Origin: an uncultured Acidobacteriota bacterium
GTDB lineage: Bacteria; Acidobacteriota; Terriglobia; UBA7540
Assembly (NCBI GenBank): GCA_963804995.1
Contig: CAWDSK010000009.1
Span: 256,001-320,000, forward strand
Direction: 5' to 3'
Length of the DNA: 64,000 nucleotides
The translations under genes were made by a program, and so were the position numbers. This document shows positions 31,204 through 39,738 of this stretch, in pieces. The stretch's first letter is position 1; each line of letters starts with the position of its first letter. Below the pieces are notes generated by a model. It was not told the origin of the DNA. It saw only the letters and a list, made by a program, of their open reading frames with translations, and ran no database searches.

Positions 31204-31508
31204 CAGACCCCTGTCCTTTGGGGTCTGCGGTTCTTCGTGCCCGCCGACCTTCACTCGCCCCTTAAGTGGTTCATTGGTGACTCCCTCACCCCCCGGCCCC
31301 TCTCCCCCAAAGGGGCGAGGGGGGAGTCAATTTGAATTTACCGCCCTCTCCCCTTTGGGGGAGAGGGTGGACCGCCGCCGGCGCTTTCATCAGCCGGAGC
31401 GGGACGGGTGAGGGGGTTGTCCAACAAGTAGCGCGGACTGGGGTTGGATTTCCCCCCAGCCCCTAGCTCTCAGCCCCTAATCCCCGTTCTTGTGGTACGC
31501 TTTTAGGG

Positions 31509-32258
31509 ATGTCCAACTACCGGCAAGTAGCGTACTCGTTTGGCCCGCCCCTCACGCGGATGGTGAAGCGGCTGGTTATCGTCACGAGCGCGGCTTTCGT
31601 TCTCACCTACATCCCCCTGCAGATTTTCGGTCCGAATCATTTTGCTTATGCCTTTGAGTGGTTCGCGCTCCGGCCGGACGACGTGATTCACCGCTTCTAT
31701 CTCTGGCAACTGGTGACTTACCTGTTCCTGCATGGGGGGTGGTTCCACATCATCTTCAACATGTTCGCGCTGTGGATGTTCGGCTCAGACCTCGAAAGCG
31801 CGTGGGGCGGGAAAAAGTTTCTCACCTACTACTTTCTGACGGGAATTGGCGCGGGAATCTTCGATGTCACCTTGAACGCGATCTTCTCGCCGGGGATTCC
31901 GTCCGCCACCATCGGCTGTTCCGGCGCCGTGTACGGGCTTCTGCTCGCGTACGGCATGATGTTCCCCGAGCGGCTCATTTACCTTTACATGATCATTCCC
32001 ATCAAGGCCAAGTGGTTCGTGGCGATTATGGGAGCAATCGAATTCGTAAGTTCCTTAAGCGGCCCAGGTTCCGGCGTGAGCCACGTGGCGCACCTGGGCG
32101 GCATGCTCTTCGGGTTTATCTACCTGCGCGGGTGGTCCCTTCCCTACCGTTTACAACTTCGTTACCACGAATGGCGGCGCGCCCAATTGCGCAAAAAGTT
32201 TGAAGTGTACATGAGCAACCAGGAAAAGAAGGACAAACACGGGCGCTGGGTGAATTGA
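31509..32258 (+). CDS. Rhomboid-family intramembrane serine protease
   Basis: WQLVTYLFLH..HIIFNM, GCSG, AHLGG. Confidence 0.93.
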   Translation: MSNYRQVAYSFGPPLTRMVKRLVIVTSAAFVLTYIPLQIFGPNHFAYAFEWFALRPDDVIHRFYLWQLVTYLFLHGGWFHIIFNMFALWMFGSDLESAWGGKKFLTYYFLTGIGAGIFDVTLNAIFSPGIPSATIGCSGAVYGLLLAYGMMFPERLIYLYMIIPIKAKWFVAIMGAIEFVSSLSGPGSGVSHVAHLGGMLFGFIYLRGWSLPYRLQLRYHEWRRAQLRKKFEVYMSNQEKKDKHGRWVN

Positions 32259-32424
32259 GGTGCTGTCCTAATTTAAACGTAACGCCCCGATGCATCGGGG
32301 CTCAATGCCGGCTGGAAGCCAGCGCTACATCTGAAATTAGGACAGCATCTGAATTGACCCCCCATTGACAGCGCTCCCCCCTGGTGCTAGTTTCATTTGC
32401 GTTGTAGGTTCTTTGACAACTGAT

Positions 32425-32608
32425 GTTCCTGCGGTGCCCCGTTCGTACCACGGGGGAAAAGGAAAGGCCGTGCGAATCGGCTGCGGTCCCGCCACTGTAA
32501 TCGGTGAGCCGCATCCTCTCAGGCGAAGTTGCCAGCCACTGTTCTGCCATTGGCAGATTGGGAAGGCTGAGGATGAGGTGTTGACCCGGAAGCCAGGAAA
32601 CCTGCCCA
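32425..32608 (+). promoter_or_regulatory. Cobalamin riboswitch
   Basis: GGTGC..AAAAGGAA..TGCGAAT..CCCGCCACTGTA..GCCACTG..GGGAAGG..AAGCCAGGAAACCTGCC (B12 box) upstream of a TonB receptor; boundaries approximate. Confidence 0.9.
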
Positions 32609-32822
32609 GGAATTTTCTCTCAGCCTAACTCTTCTACGGAAAGAGTCCTGAGGAAGACTGCGAAGCCTTCCGATTCCGTTTTTGGGGATGGGAAGGCTTT
32701 TTCGTTCTCACCCTCTGGATTCTTTCCGAGCGCCCCGTCGTAAGAGCGGGGAGAAGGAGTCTCGTGTGACCAAGTGCGAATCCACAGGCCGATTATCTCT
32801 ACCGGCCAATCCAAGAAAAGAG

Positions 32823-35111
32823 ATGCCGGCATCGATCAAGATTGCCCGGCCGGCGATCCTGCTGGGCTGGCTATGCGTGTTCCTTGGCGCGACGGGCGCG
32901 CAGGCGGCAACCCTGGCAGGGACTGTGTTCGACCCCAGTGGCAGTGCGGTCCCCAAAGCCCACGTTATCCTGCTTAAATCCATGGTGGTCATGGACGAAA
33001 AGCAAACCGCTTCCAATGGAGCGTACGAATTTCAAAACCTCGAGGACGGGTCCTACCAGCTAGTGGCCTATGCGCCGGGCCTCGCCGCCGCTCCCTCCGA
33101 AGTGGAAGTTCGCGGTGCGGAAATCCGCACCCTTGATCTGCATCTGCAGTTGAGCGCCGTCCAGCAGCAGGTGGTGGTATCGGCTTCGCTCGAAGACGCC
33201 CTGGCCTCAGAAGTCGGCGCCTCCGTCTCCGTGGTCACCGGGCAGGACATCAAGGATCGCGCCGCGTTAAACGTGTTGGACGTCCTGGGCGGAATCCCCG
33301 GCGTTGAGGTGAGCCAGGCGGGCCGCTATGGAGGCGTGACCGGTGTCTACGTGCGCGGGGGTGAATCCAATTACAATCTGGTGATGGTGGACGGCATCGA
33401 GCTGAATGAGTTCGGCGGCAGCTTTGATTTCGCTCCGCTCCCTGCCGACGGGGTGGAGCGCGTGGAGGTGACGCGCAGTCCGGAAAGCGCCCTCTATGGC
33501 CCGGGTGCCGTTACCAGTGTTATCAATATCGTGACCACGCAGGGTGAGGGCGTTCCGCATTTTACAGTTCAGGCGGAAGGCGGGAGCTTTTACACGCGCC
33601 GTTTTGTGGTGGGCGGAAGCGGCCTGGACCACGGCCTGAGCTGGGGCTTCGATGTTTCCCGGCTGAACTCCGACGGGGTCGTTACCAACGATCAATACCG
33701 CAATCAATCGGCCTTCCTGAGCTTCGGCTATCACCGCAGCCCGCGCCGCCGCCTGGATTTCCATTTCTTCGGCAACGCCAATGACGCCGGAGCGCCCGGG
33801 CCCTATGGATCGGATCCCGACCAGCTCTACGATGCTCCCATCTACCCCGGAGGTCCGACCGACAGGCAAGCGGGCCTGCTTACTCGCGACAAGCAGAACC
33901 TGTTTGGATGGGAGGGCAGTTACTCCGAGCAAATCACCTCGAATTTCCGGCAGGTCACTACCGGCAGCGTGTCCACCAATGACTATTACTTCAGCTCACC
34001 CCTGGGAGATTCCTACTCCAACAATCTGCGCGGCGTCCTGAACACCCGCAGCGAAGTGGCAATCTCCAACAAAGATTTCTTTGTGGCGGGGTTTGAGTAC
34101 AACCGCGAACAGGTGAAAGACACTTACATCTCGGATTCGAATGGCGCCCCCTTTGTCCTCCCCCGCACCAGTTTGGCTGTCTTCGCGGAAAATCGTTGGA
34201 GCCCCACACACCGCCTTTACCTTACCACGGGGTTCCGCGTGGATGATTTGAGGACGCACGCGCTGCCGCCCGATGATTCCGCCGGCCGGCCACTGCTTTC
34301 ACCCAGCACCATTGTCAAAGTGAATCCGCGCGTGTCGGGGGCGTATATGCTGCGCGAATCGCACGGCGGCTCGCTGGATGGAACCCGCCTGCACGCGAGC
34401 TTTGGCACCGGCATCCGCGCGCCGGATGGGTTCAATCTGGCTTTTACCAACAATCCTCATTTGAAACCGGAACAGAGCATCAGCTTCGATACCGGCATCG
34501 AACAGAGATTCTTCCAAGGCAAGGCGGTCTTGGACCTCACTTATTTCAATAACCATTTCAAAGACCAGATCGTGACGCTGGGGGGATCGCTGACGAACCT
34601 CAGCTCGTTTGCCTCTGATAATCTCGGCAACTCGCGGGCCCAGGGAGCGGAAATCTCATTCCAAATCCATCCCACCCGGTCGCTACAGATGTCGACGGAG
34701 TATACCCGCGACAACACGGCGGTGCTCTCTCTCAATGGATCATCGGAAGTGCTGGCGCCGCTCCAGGTGGGACAACAACTGTTCCGCCGGCCGCGCGATT
34801 CGGGGGCTTACAATCTGACCTGGCATCACGGCCGCCTGATGCTCAATACCAATGCGTACATCCGCGGGACGGTTCTGGATATCGAGCCGAACGATGGAAC
34901 CTTTGCTTGCACTCTCGGCCTGCCCTGCCTGTTCACGAATAAGGGTTACACGCGCGTGGACGGTGGGTTCTCCTACCGCTTGCCGCGGGGCGTGGAAATA
35001 TACGGCCGGCTCGATAACATCCTGAATCGGAAATACGAGGAAGTTTTCGGGTACCCGTCGCTGCCCTTCAACTTTCTCACCGGCGTAAGATTTAGTTTTC
35101 CTGGACGGTAA
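32823..35111 (+). CDS. TonB-dependent receptor, BtuB-like, with N-terminal carboxypeptidase-regulatory-like domain
   Basis: Plug motifs VVVSAS, VRGG, VERVEV..SALYG; LKPEQS; N..NRKYE; lies downstream of the B12 riboswitch. Confidence 0.9.
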   Translation: MPASIKIARPAILLGWLCVFLGATGAQAATLAGTVFDPSGSAVPKAHVILLKSMVVMDEKQTASNGAYEFQNLEDGSYQLVAYAPGLAAAPSEVEVRGAEIRTLDLHLQLSAVQQQVVVSASLEDALASEVGASVSVVTGQDIKDRAALNVLDVLGGIPGVEVSQAGRYGGVTGVYVRGGESNYNLVMVDGIELNEFGGSFDFAPLPADGVERVEVTRSPESALYGPGAVTSVINIVTTQGEGVPHFTVQAEGGSFYTRRFVVGGSGLDHGLSWGFDVSRLNSDGVVTNDQYRNQSAFLSFGYHRSPRRRLDFHFFGNANDAGAPGPYGSDPDQLYDAPIYPGGPTDRQAGLLTRDKQNLFGWEGSYSEQITSNFRQVTTGSVSTNDYYFSSPLGDSYSNNLRGVLNTRSEVAISNKDFFVAGFEYNREQVKDTYISDSNGAPFVLPRTSLAVFAENRWSPTHRLYLTTGFRVDDLRTHALPPDDSAGRPLLSPSTIVKVNPRVSGAYMLRESHGGSLDGTRLHASFGTGIRAPDGFNLAFTNNPHLKPEQSISFDTGIEQRFFQGKAVLDLTYFNNHFKDQIVTLGGSLTNLSSFASDNLGNSRAQGAEISFQIHPTRSLQMSTEYTRDNTAVLSLNGSSEVLAPLQVGQQLFRRPRDSGAYNLTWHHGRLMLNTNAYIRGTVLDIEPNDGTFACTLGLPCLFTNKGYTRVDGGFSYRLPRGVEIYGRLDNILNRKYEEVFGYPSLPFNFLTGVRFSFPGR

Positions 35112-35333
35112 AAACGCGGCCACCTATCGCGAGGTTTCATGATGGGGCGGGTGAGCGAAACACGCCTCGCCCGCCCCATCAATCCGGCAAGCTGGCGTGG
35201 CTGCGCGGGACAAATTGTCCGAGCCGGAGAAGGCTGCGGCATCTGGGACAATTGGCTCGATCGTCCCATTTGTGCCCTGTAGCGGGCTGTAGCGGGCATT
35301 CTCTCACCAGATTTGGACACGGGAGGCACAAAT

Positions 35334-36002
35334 TTGCCAAAACAAATCCTTCTCTCCTGGAGCGGTGGCAAAGACAGCAGCATGGCGCTGTACGAAATCC
35401 AGAAAGCCGGTGATTACATCGTGACAGCATTGCTAACCACGATCACAGAAGACTACGACCGCATCAGCATGCATGGAGTGCGCAGGACGCTGCTTGAACA
35501 GCAAGCGGATGCTTTGGGTTTGCCTCTCAAGAAAATCTTGATTCCCAAAGATTCCACCAATGCCATTTATGAATCCCGCATGCGCACACTGCTGGAAGAA
35601 GGACTGCGCGAAGGAATCGATACGGTCGCGTTCGGAGATATCTTCCTGGAAGACCTCAAGGTATATCGGGAGAAGAACCTGGCACAACTCGGCATGAGGG
35701 GCATTTTCCCTATCTGGAAACGAGACTCCTTGGAATTGGCCCGATCGTTTATCCGATTGGGATTCAAGGCGCGGTTAGTGTGCGTGGACACCGCCATTCT
35801 CGATGCGTCCTTTGCCGGAAGGACTTTCGATGAGGAACTTCTGCAAGACTTTCCGCCAAACGTCGATCCCTGCGGAGAGAACGGGGAGTTCCACTCCTTC
35901 GTTTTTGCCGGCCCCAACTTCCGGCGGCAGATCGATCACACCTTGGGTGAGGTGGTGCGAAGAGATCAGTTTTGCTTCTGTGATTTATTGCCTGCCGATT
36001 GA
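35334..36002 (+). CDS. DUF71 / diphthine-ammonia-ligase-like ATP pyrophosphatase
   Basis: PP-loop SWSGGKDS, FGDIFL, DPCGENGEFHSFV; GGAGG before a TTG start. Confidence 0.9.
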   Translation: MPKQILLSWSGGKDSSMALYEIQKAGDYIVTALLTTITEDYDRISMHGVRRTLLEQQADALGLPLKKILIPKDSTNAIYESRMRTLLEEGLREGIDTVAFGDIFLEDLKVYREKNLAQLGMRGIFPIWKRDSLELARSFIRLGFKARLVCVDTAILDASFAGRTFDEELLQDFPPNVDPCGENGEFHSFVFAGPNFRRQIDHTLGEVVRRDQFCFCDLLPAD

Positions 36003-36084
36003 GGGCGGCGAGACCTTGTGGTAAAGGGCAGCGCTTGCTTTGTGGACCACACTCAGGCAGCGCGGGAAGCAGCGCCATGGCGCG

Positions 36085-36333
36085 TCAGATCAACCCGCCA
36101 TCTTTGTGATGGGTTCGCCAGCAATAGAGCTGTTCGACAGCCACTGAAAGCACACAGACCCCGCCCGCGATAGAGACGCTCACCTCAAGCAGATACTGCA
36201 GCATATCTTCGGGGCTGGGGGCGCGGAGCATAATCGCCAAAGCAATTCCGTGACCCACTGCCCAAAGGCCAATAATGGCGCACAGAATCAGACTCACAAC
36301 ACGCAGGGCGGATTTAAGCATAGCCACCCACAC
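36085..36333 (-). CDS. Small 2-TM hypothetical protein
   Basis: Two hydrophobic helices in an 82-aa ORF. Confidence 0.45.
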   Translation of the reverse strand: MWVAMLKSALRVVSLILCAIIGLWAVGHGIALAIMLRAPSPEDMLQYLLEVSVSIAGGVCVLSVAVEQLYCWRTHHKDGGLI

Positions 36334-36514
36334 TTTCTACCCGCTGGCCACGCGGATTATCTGACAGGATTCATACACCCACAAGCCCGCGGGGTCAACT
36401 CAAAGTGTAGATGCTCACAATGCACCGGAAGCAGGTTTGCAGCGGAGGAAATGAAGAGGAAACAACGCGAGGTGAATGCTAGGACCCGGAGGGTCCCTTG
36501 CCGGTCGGGGATAA

Positions 36515-36991
36515 TTACAGGTTCAGCAGATAATCGGAAGCCGTCAGGTTTCCGAAGCGAACACTATTGACTCGCTCACCCACGACATTTGCGAAGTACT
36601 CAAGAATCACCGTCAGCTTCAAAGCGGCCGGTGTCTCGCGGAACCTCAGCCAGTGTCGCACGGTGAGCAAGAACAGAAACACTTTGAAGTAGAGCATCAA
36701 GAGCTGTTCTTCGTAGCTATAACGTTGGTTAACGTTGGCTGCGTTTTTGAGGAGATAAGTCAGAGCCAGAAAATCACATTTGAGTGTCATCATCAGCCGC
36801 GGGTAATCAACCGGAGCGCCGAAGTCCGCGAGTGCCTTCCGAACCGACGGAAATTCCAATCGATTGGCATTGACGATTGATTGGAAATATTCCTGCGAAA
36901 ACTGCCGTCGCAAAACCTTCTGGCAGGCAGCTTGGAGATAGAAGAAGAAGAGGGCTGTGGATAAAATCAAAATTAGGGTGGTCATAATCAT
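36515..36991 (-). CDS. Membrane-anchored hypothetical protein, third gene of the peptide operon
   Basis: GAGGTG RBS; N-terminal TM plus a second hydrophobic segment; starts ~21 nt after the 7-TM gene. Confidence 0.75.
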   Translation of the reverse strand: MIMTTLILILSTALFFFYLQAACQKVLRRQFSQEYFQSIVNANRLEFPSVRKALADFGAPVDYPRLMMTLKCDFLALTYLLKNAANVNQRYSYEEQLLMLYFKVFLFLLTVRHWLRFRETPAALKLTVILEYFANVVGERVNSVRFGNLTASDYLLNL

Positions 36992-37012
36992 ATTCCACCT
37001 CACTTCAACCGG

Positions 37013-37774
37013 CTATTCAGCGCTAGCCGCAACCAAGCCTGCCTGCTTTCCAAGCAGCACTCGAGCCGGAGCTGCTTCTGGTGTTTTGACGACGGCATAG
37101 ACCCACATCGACAACATTCCCAGCGTGCATACGGGTCCCAGGAAGTTGAGAAGTATGCGGGAGAAGTTCTCGCCAGACGTCAAGTGATACAGCGCCAAGC
37201 AGGCGGCCTCGCCTGCGAACTGGATTCCCATTCCACATACCAACATGCTGAGCTGGTCATCCTCAATCGCCAACTGTTGGATCATCAAGTAAAGCATGGT
37301 GTTCAGAACCAGGCAGGTGAAGTAGAGGTTCTGACTAAATTCCACAATGAACACTGATCCCCGGGCGGAGAGTTGCGTATAGTTGCGGGTAAGAGAAAGG
37401 AGCGTAACTCCCACGACCAGAATAAAGACGAATACCAGCAGCATCCGGACAAAGCGCCACAACTTCTCTTCCCTGGTACAGGCGCGGCGGAAGAAGCCAC
37501 AAATCACTAGAAACGCGCCCAGGGCCAGAACAACGTCCGTCAACCAATAGAAAGACGCGAACTGCGCCGAGGTCCGGCCGAAATAATTGAGGGCAGCAGA
37601 ACGAGCTACACCGTCGAGCAAAAAAAGCCCTAACACATAAAGGCCAAGGCCTTTGAGGCGGCGCCACCTTCCTTGTCCTGCCAGTAGTACACAGAGCAGG
37701 ACCTCCAATCCATATCCCGCGTATTGCAGGCCGAAAGAAATGATCTTCTCACCCATAGGCGACACGGAAACCAT
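37013..37774 (-). CDS. Orphan ~7-TM membrane protein
   Basis: Seven hydrophobic segments counted by eye, short loops, no soluble domain. Confidence 0.8.
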   Translation of the reverse strand: MVSVSPMGEKIISFGLQYAGYGLEVLLCVLLAGQGRWRRLKGLGLYVLGLFLLDGVARSAALNYFGRTSAQFASFYWLTDVVLALGAFLVICGFFRRACTREEKLWRFVRMLLVFVFILVVGVTLLSLTRNYTQLSARGSVFIVEFSQNLYFTCLVLNTMLYLMIQQLAIEDDQLSMLVCGMGIQFAGEAACLALYHLTSGENFSRILLNFLGPVCTLGMLSMWVYAVVKTPEAAPARVLLGKQAGLVAASAE

Positions 37775-37828
37775 CCGGTCCCCCCGCGTGCTCCCGTGTC
37801 GCTCAAAATGGGCGTCGGAAGCAACTCA

Positions 37829-38038
37829 CTACGCTGGAGGCGGCAGCGGCATAGGCGTTGTGCCGATTCTCACCGCTCTTGGTGGCGGCAGCGGCATTGG
37901 GGTTGTACCGATGCCAACTGCTTTGGGCGGCGGCAGAGGCATAGGGGTCGTGCCAATGCCAAGAACACTCTGCCGAAGCGACACACTGCTCAGCACTATC
38001 AATAGTGCGAGCACAAACGCCAAAATTGTGTTTTTCAT
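37829..38038 (-). CDS. Secreted repeat peptide precursor (3x IGTTPMPLPPP)
   Basis: GGAGGAG RBS; MKN plus hydrophobic signal; three cores differing only at synonymous sites. Confidence 0.85.
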   Translation of the reverse strand: MKNTILAFVLALLIVLSSVSLRQSVLGIGTTPMPLPPPKAVGIGTTPMPLPPPRAVRIGTTPMPLPPPA

Positions 38039-38087
38039 GGACTCTCCTCCAGAAGGTTTTGCAAGAATGACAGCTTTCTGGAATGAG

Positions 38088-38116
38088 AGCCTATGCGATT
38101 ATTTAACCCAAGTCAA
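38088..38116 (-). promoter_or_regulatory. Candidate sigma70 promoter of the peptide operon
   Basis: TTGACT-N17-TAGGCT about 50 nt upstream of the ATG. Confidence 0.45.
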
Positions 38117-38498
38117 TATACTTCCCTACACTTCTGAACCGCTATTATTTTGGCCCATAAGGACCCAATGTCAAGCAAAATCCACAAGATTCAACACTTG
38201 ATTCTCTTTACCAGACTAAAGGTCTCCCCGTACTTTGGCAATAGTACGGGGGTACTGGTCGGAGAATAGAAGCTGTTGGTGCAACAACGTGGTGCTCATT
38301 TGCGCGGACCCGTCTCGTGCGAGCCTGTCGGCAATAAAAGCCACGGAATAAGTCCAGCTATCCCCTTTCGTGCACTATCCCTCAAGTAATTTACAAATGA
38401 CGCTTGGAGCCCCCTGAAATCTTCTACACCGTGAGTTGACCCAACCGGGTATGAATGGCATCATACATTAAAGTTCAAGGTATCGTGGAGAGTGTTGT

Positions 38499-39626
38499 AT
38501 GACTACGAAGAAAGCCTATTTATTGCTCACTTTAGCGCTGGCGGTTGTTGCGGCGCTGGCCATTGCCAGCTTCCCGCGCGCCTGGTTTGCTCAGTCTCCC
38601 ACGCAGACGCCAACCGAGCAGCAACCCACTACTGGCCCACAACCTGACGTGGGAGAGACAGTTCTGGTTCCCAAGAAAACACAGCCGGCGCCGACTGTGG
38701 TGCAGCCCGAGAAGAAGCCCGAGAAGATCAATCCCAATGAGATCTACACCCTGTCCACCTCCACGAACCTAGTCAATGTGGATGTGATGGTGGTTGACAA
38801 CAACGGGAATCCCATCCAGAGTCTGGGGAAGAAAAACTTCCAACTTTCCGACGATGGAGTTCCGCAGGCGATCACCAATTTTGGGACGGGCGAAGCTCCC
38901 ATGACCATATGCCTACTGATTGAATTCAGTAACCGTTGGTGGCCTTACCTGATGGTGGCGCTCCGAGACGCTTACCAGTTTCTGGGCGTGATCCAGCCCA
39001 AGGATTGGGTTGCGGTCGTTTCCTTTGACATGAATACCCAAATCCTCACGGACTTCACTCAGGACCGCTCCCAAGTGAGAGGAGCGTTGGATACACTCCG
39101 TTATCCGGGCTTCAGTGAATACAACCTTTACGACGCGCTAGCCTTTGTCTTGAAACGTATGGAGGAGATTCATGGGCGGAAGGCTATTGTGGCGGTGGTC
39201 AGTGGTATGGATAGCTTCAGCAAGCTAACCTACGATCAGTGCCTGAAGATCGTCAAGGCCTCCGATACGGCCATCTATCCGGTCAGCATCACGGAGTTCA
39301 TTGCGGTGCGTACCAACGATAACATCACCACCTTGCAAGCGAAGAACGCCCTCAACACGATTGCCAGCTACTCCGGCGGCCGCGCTTACTTCCCGCGGTT
39401 TGAAGCGGAGCTACCCTCTGACTACCAGCAAATTGCCGGGCAGCTTCGCATGCAGTACAGTCTGGGGTTTGTTCCGACGAACGCAGCGAAAGACGGTAAG
39501 TTTCACAAGCTTAAGATTGACCTGGTGGACGACCAGGGAAATCCCTACAGACTTGTCAACGAGAAGGGCAAGCAGGTGAAGTACAAGGTCGTTTCGCGTG
39601 ACGGTTATTACGCCCCGAAGAGCTAG
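38499..39626 (+). CDS. VWA domain protein (acidobacterial VWFA-related type)
   Basis: LVNVDVMVVD..GNPI..L, PMTICLLIE.S, GRKAIV, SGGRAY, LRMQYSLGF, DGKFHKLKI, RDGYYAP. Confidence 0.85.
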   Translation: MTTKKAYLLLTLALAVVAALAIASFPRAWFAQSPTQTPTEQQPTTGPQPDVGETVLVPKKTQPAPTVVQPEKKPEKINPNEIYTLSTSTNLVNVDVMVVDNNGNPIQSLGKKNFQLSDDGVPQAITNFGTGEAPMTICLLIEFSNRWWPYLMVALRDAYQFLGVIQPKDWVAVVSFDMNTQILTDFTQDRSQVRGALDTLRYPGFSEYNLYDALAFVLKRMEEIHGRKAIVAVVSGMDSFSKLTYDQCLKIVKASDTAIYPVSITEFIAVRTNDNITTLQAKNALNTIASYSGGRAYFPRFEAELPSDYQQIAGQLRMQYSLGFVPTNAAKDGKFHKLKIDLVDDQGNPYRLVNEKGKQVKYKVVSRDGYYAPKS

Positions 39627-39738
39627 GAGCCGGAAGCTGGAATTTGTGATTTAGCGATGGGTGATTTACGATTTTCAATCACCCAATCACCCATCACTCC
39701 ATCACCAATATCCTGACTCCTGGCTCCCGACTTCATCC

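Noticed and set aside
37653..38201. 182-aa plus-strand ORF with GGGSGIGVVP repeats
   Set aside because: Reverse reading of the peptide gene; the RBS, signal peptide and fully synonymous variation support the minus strand.
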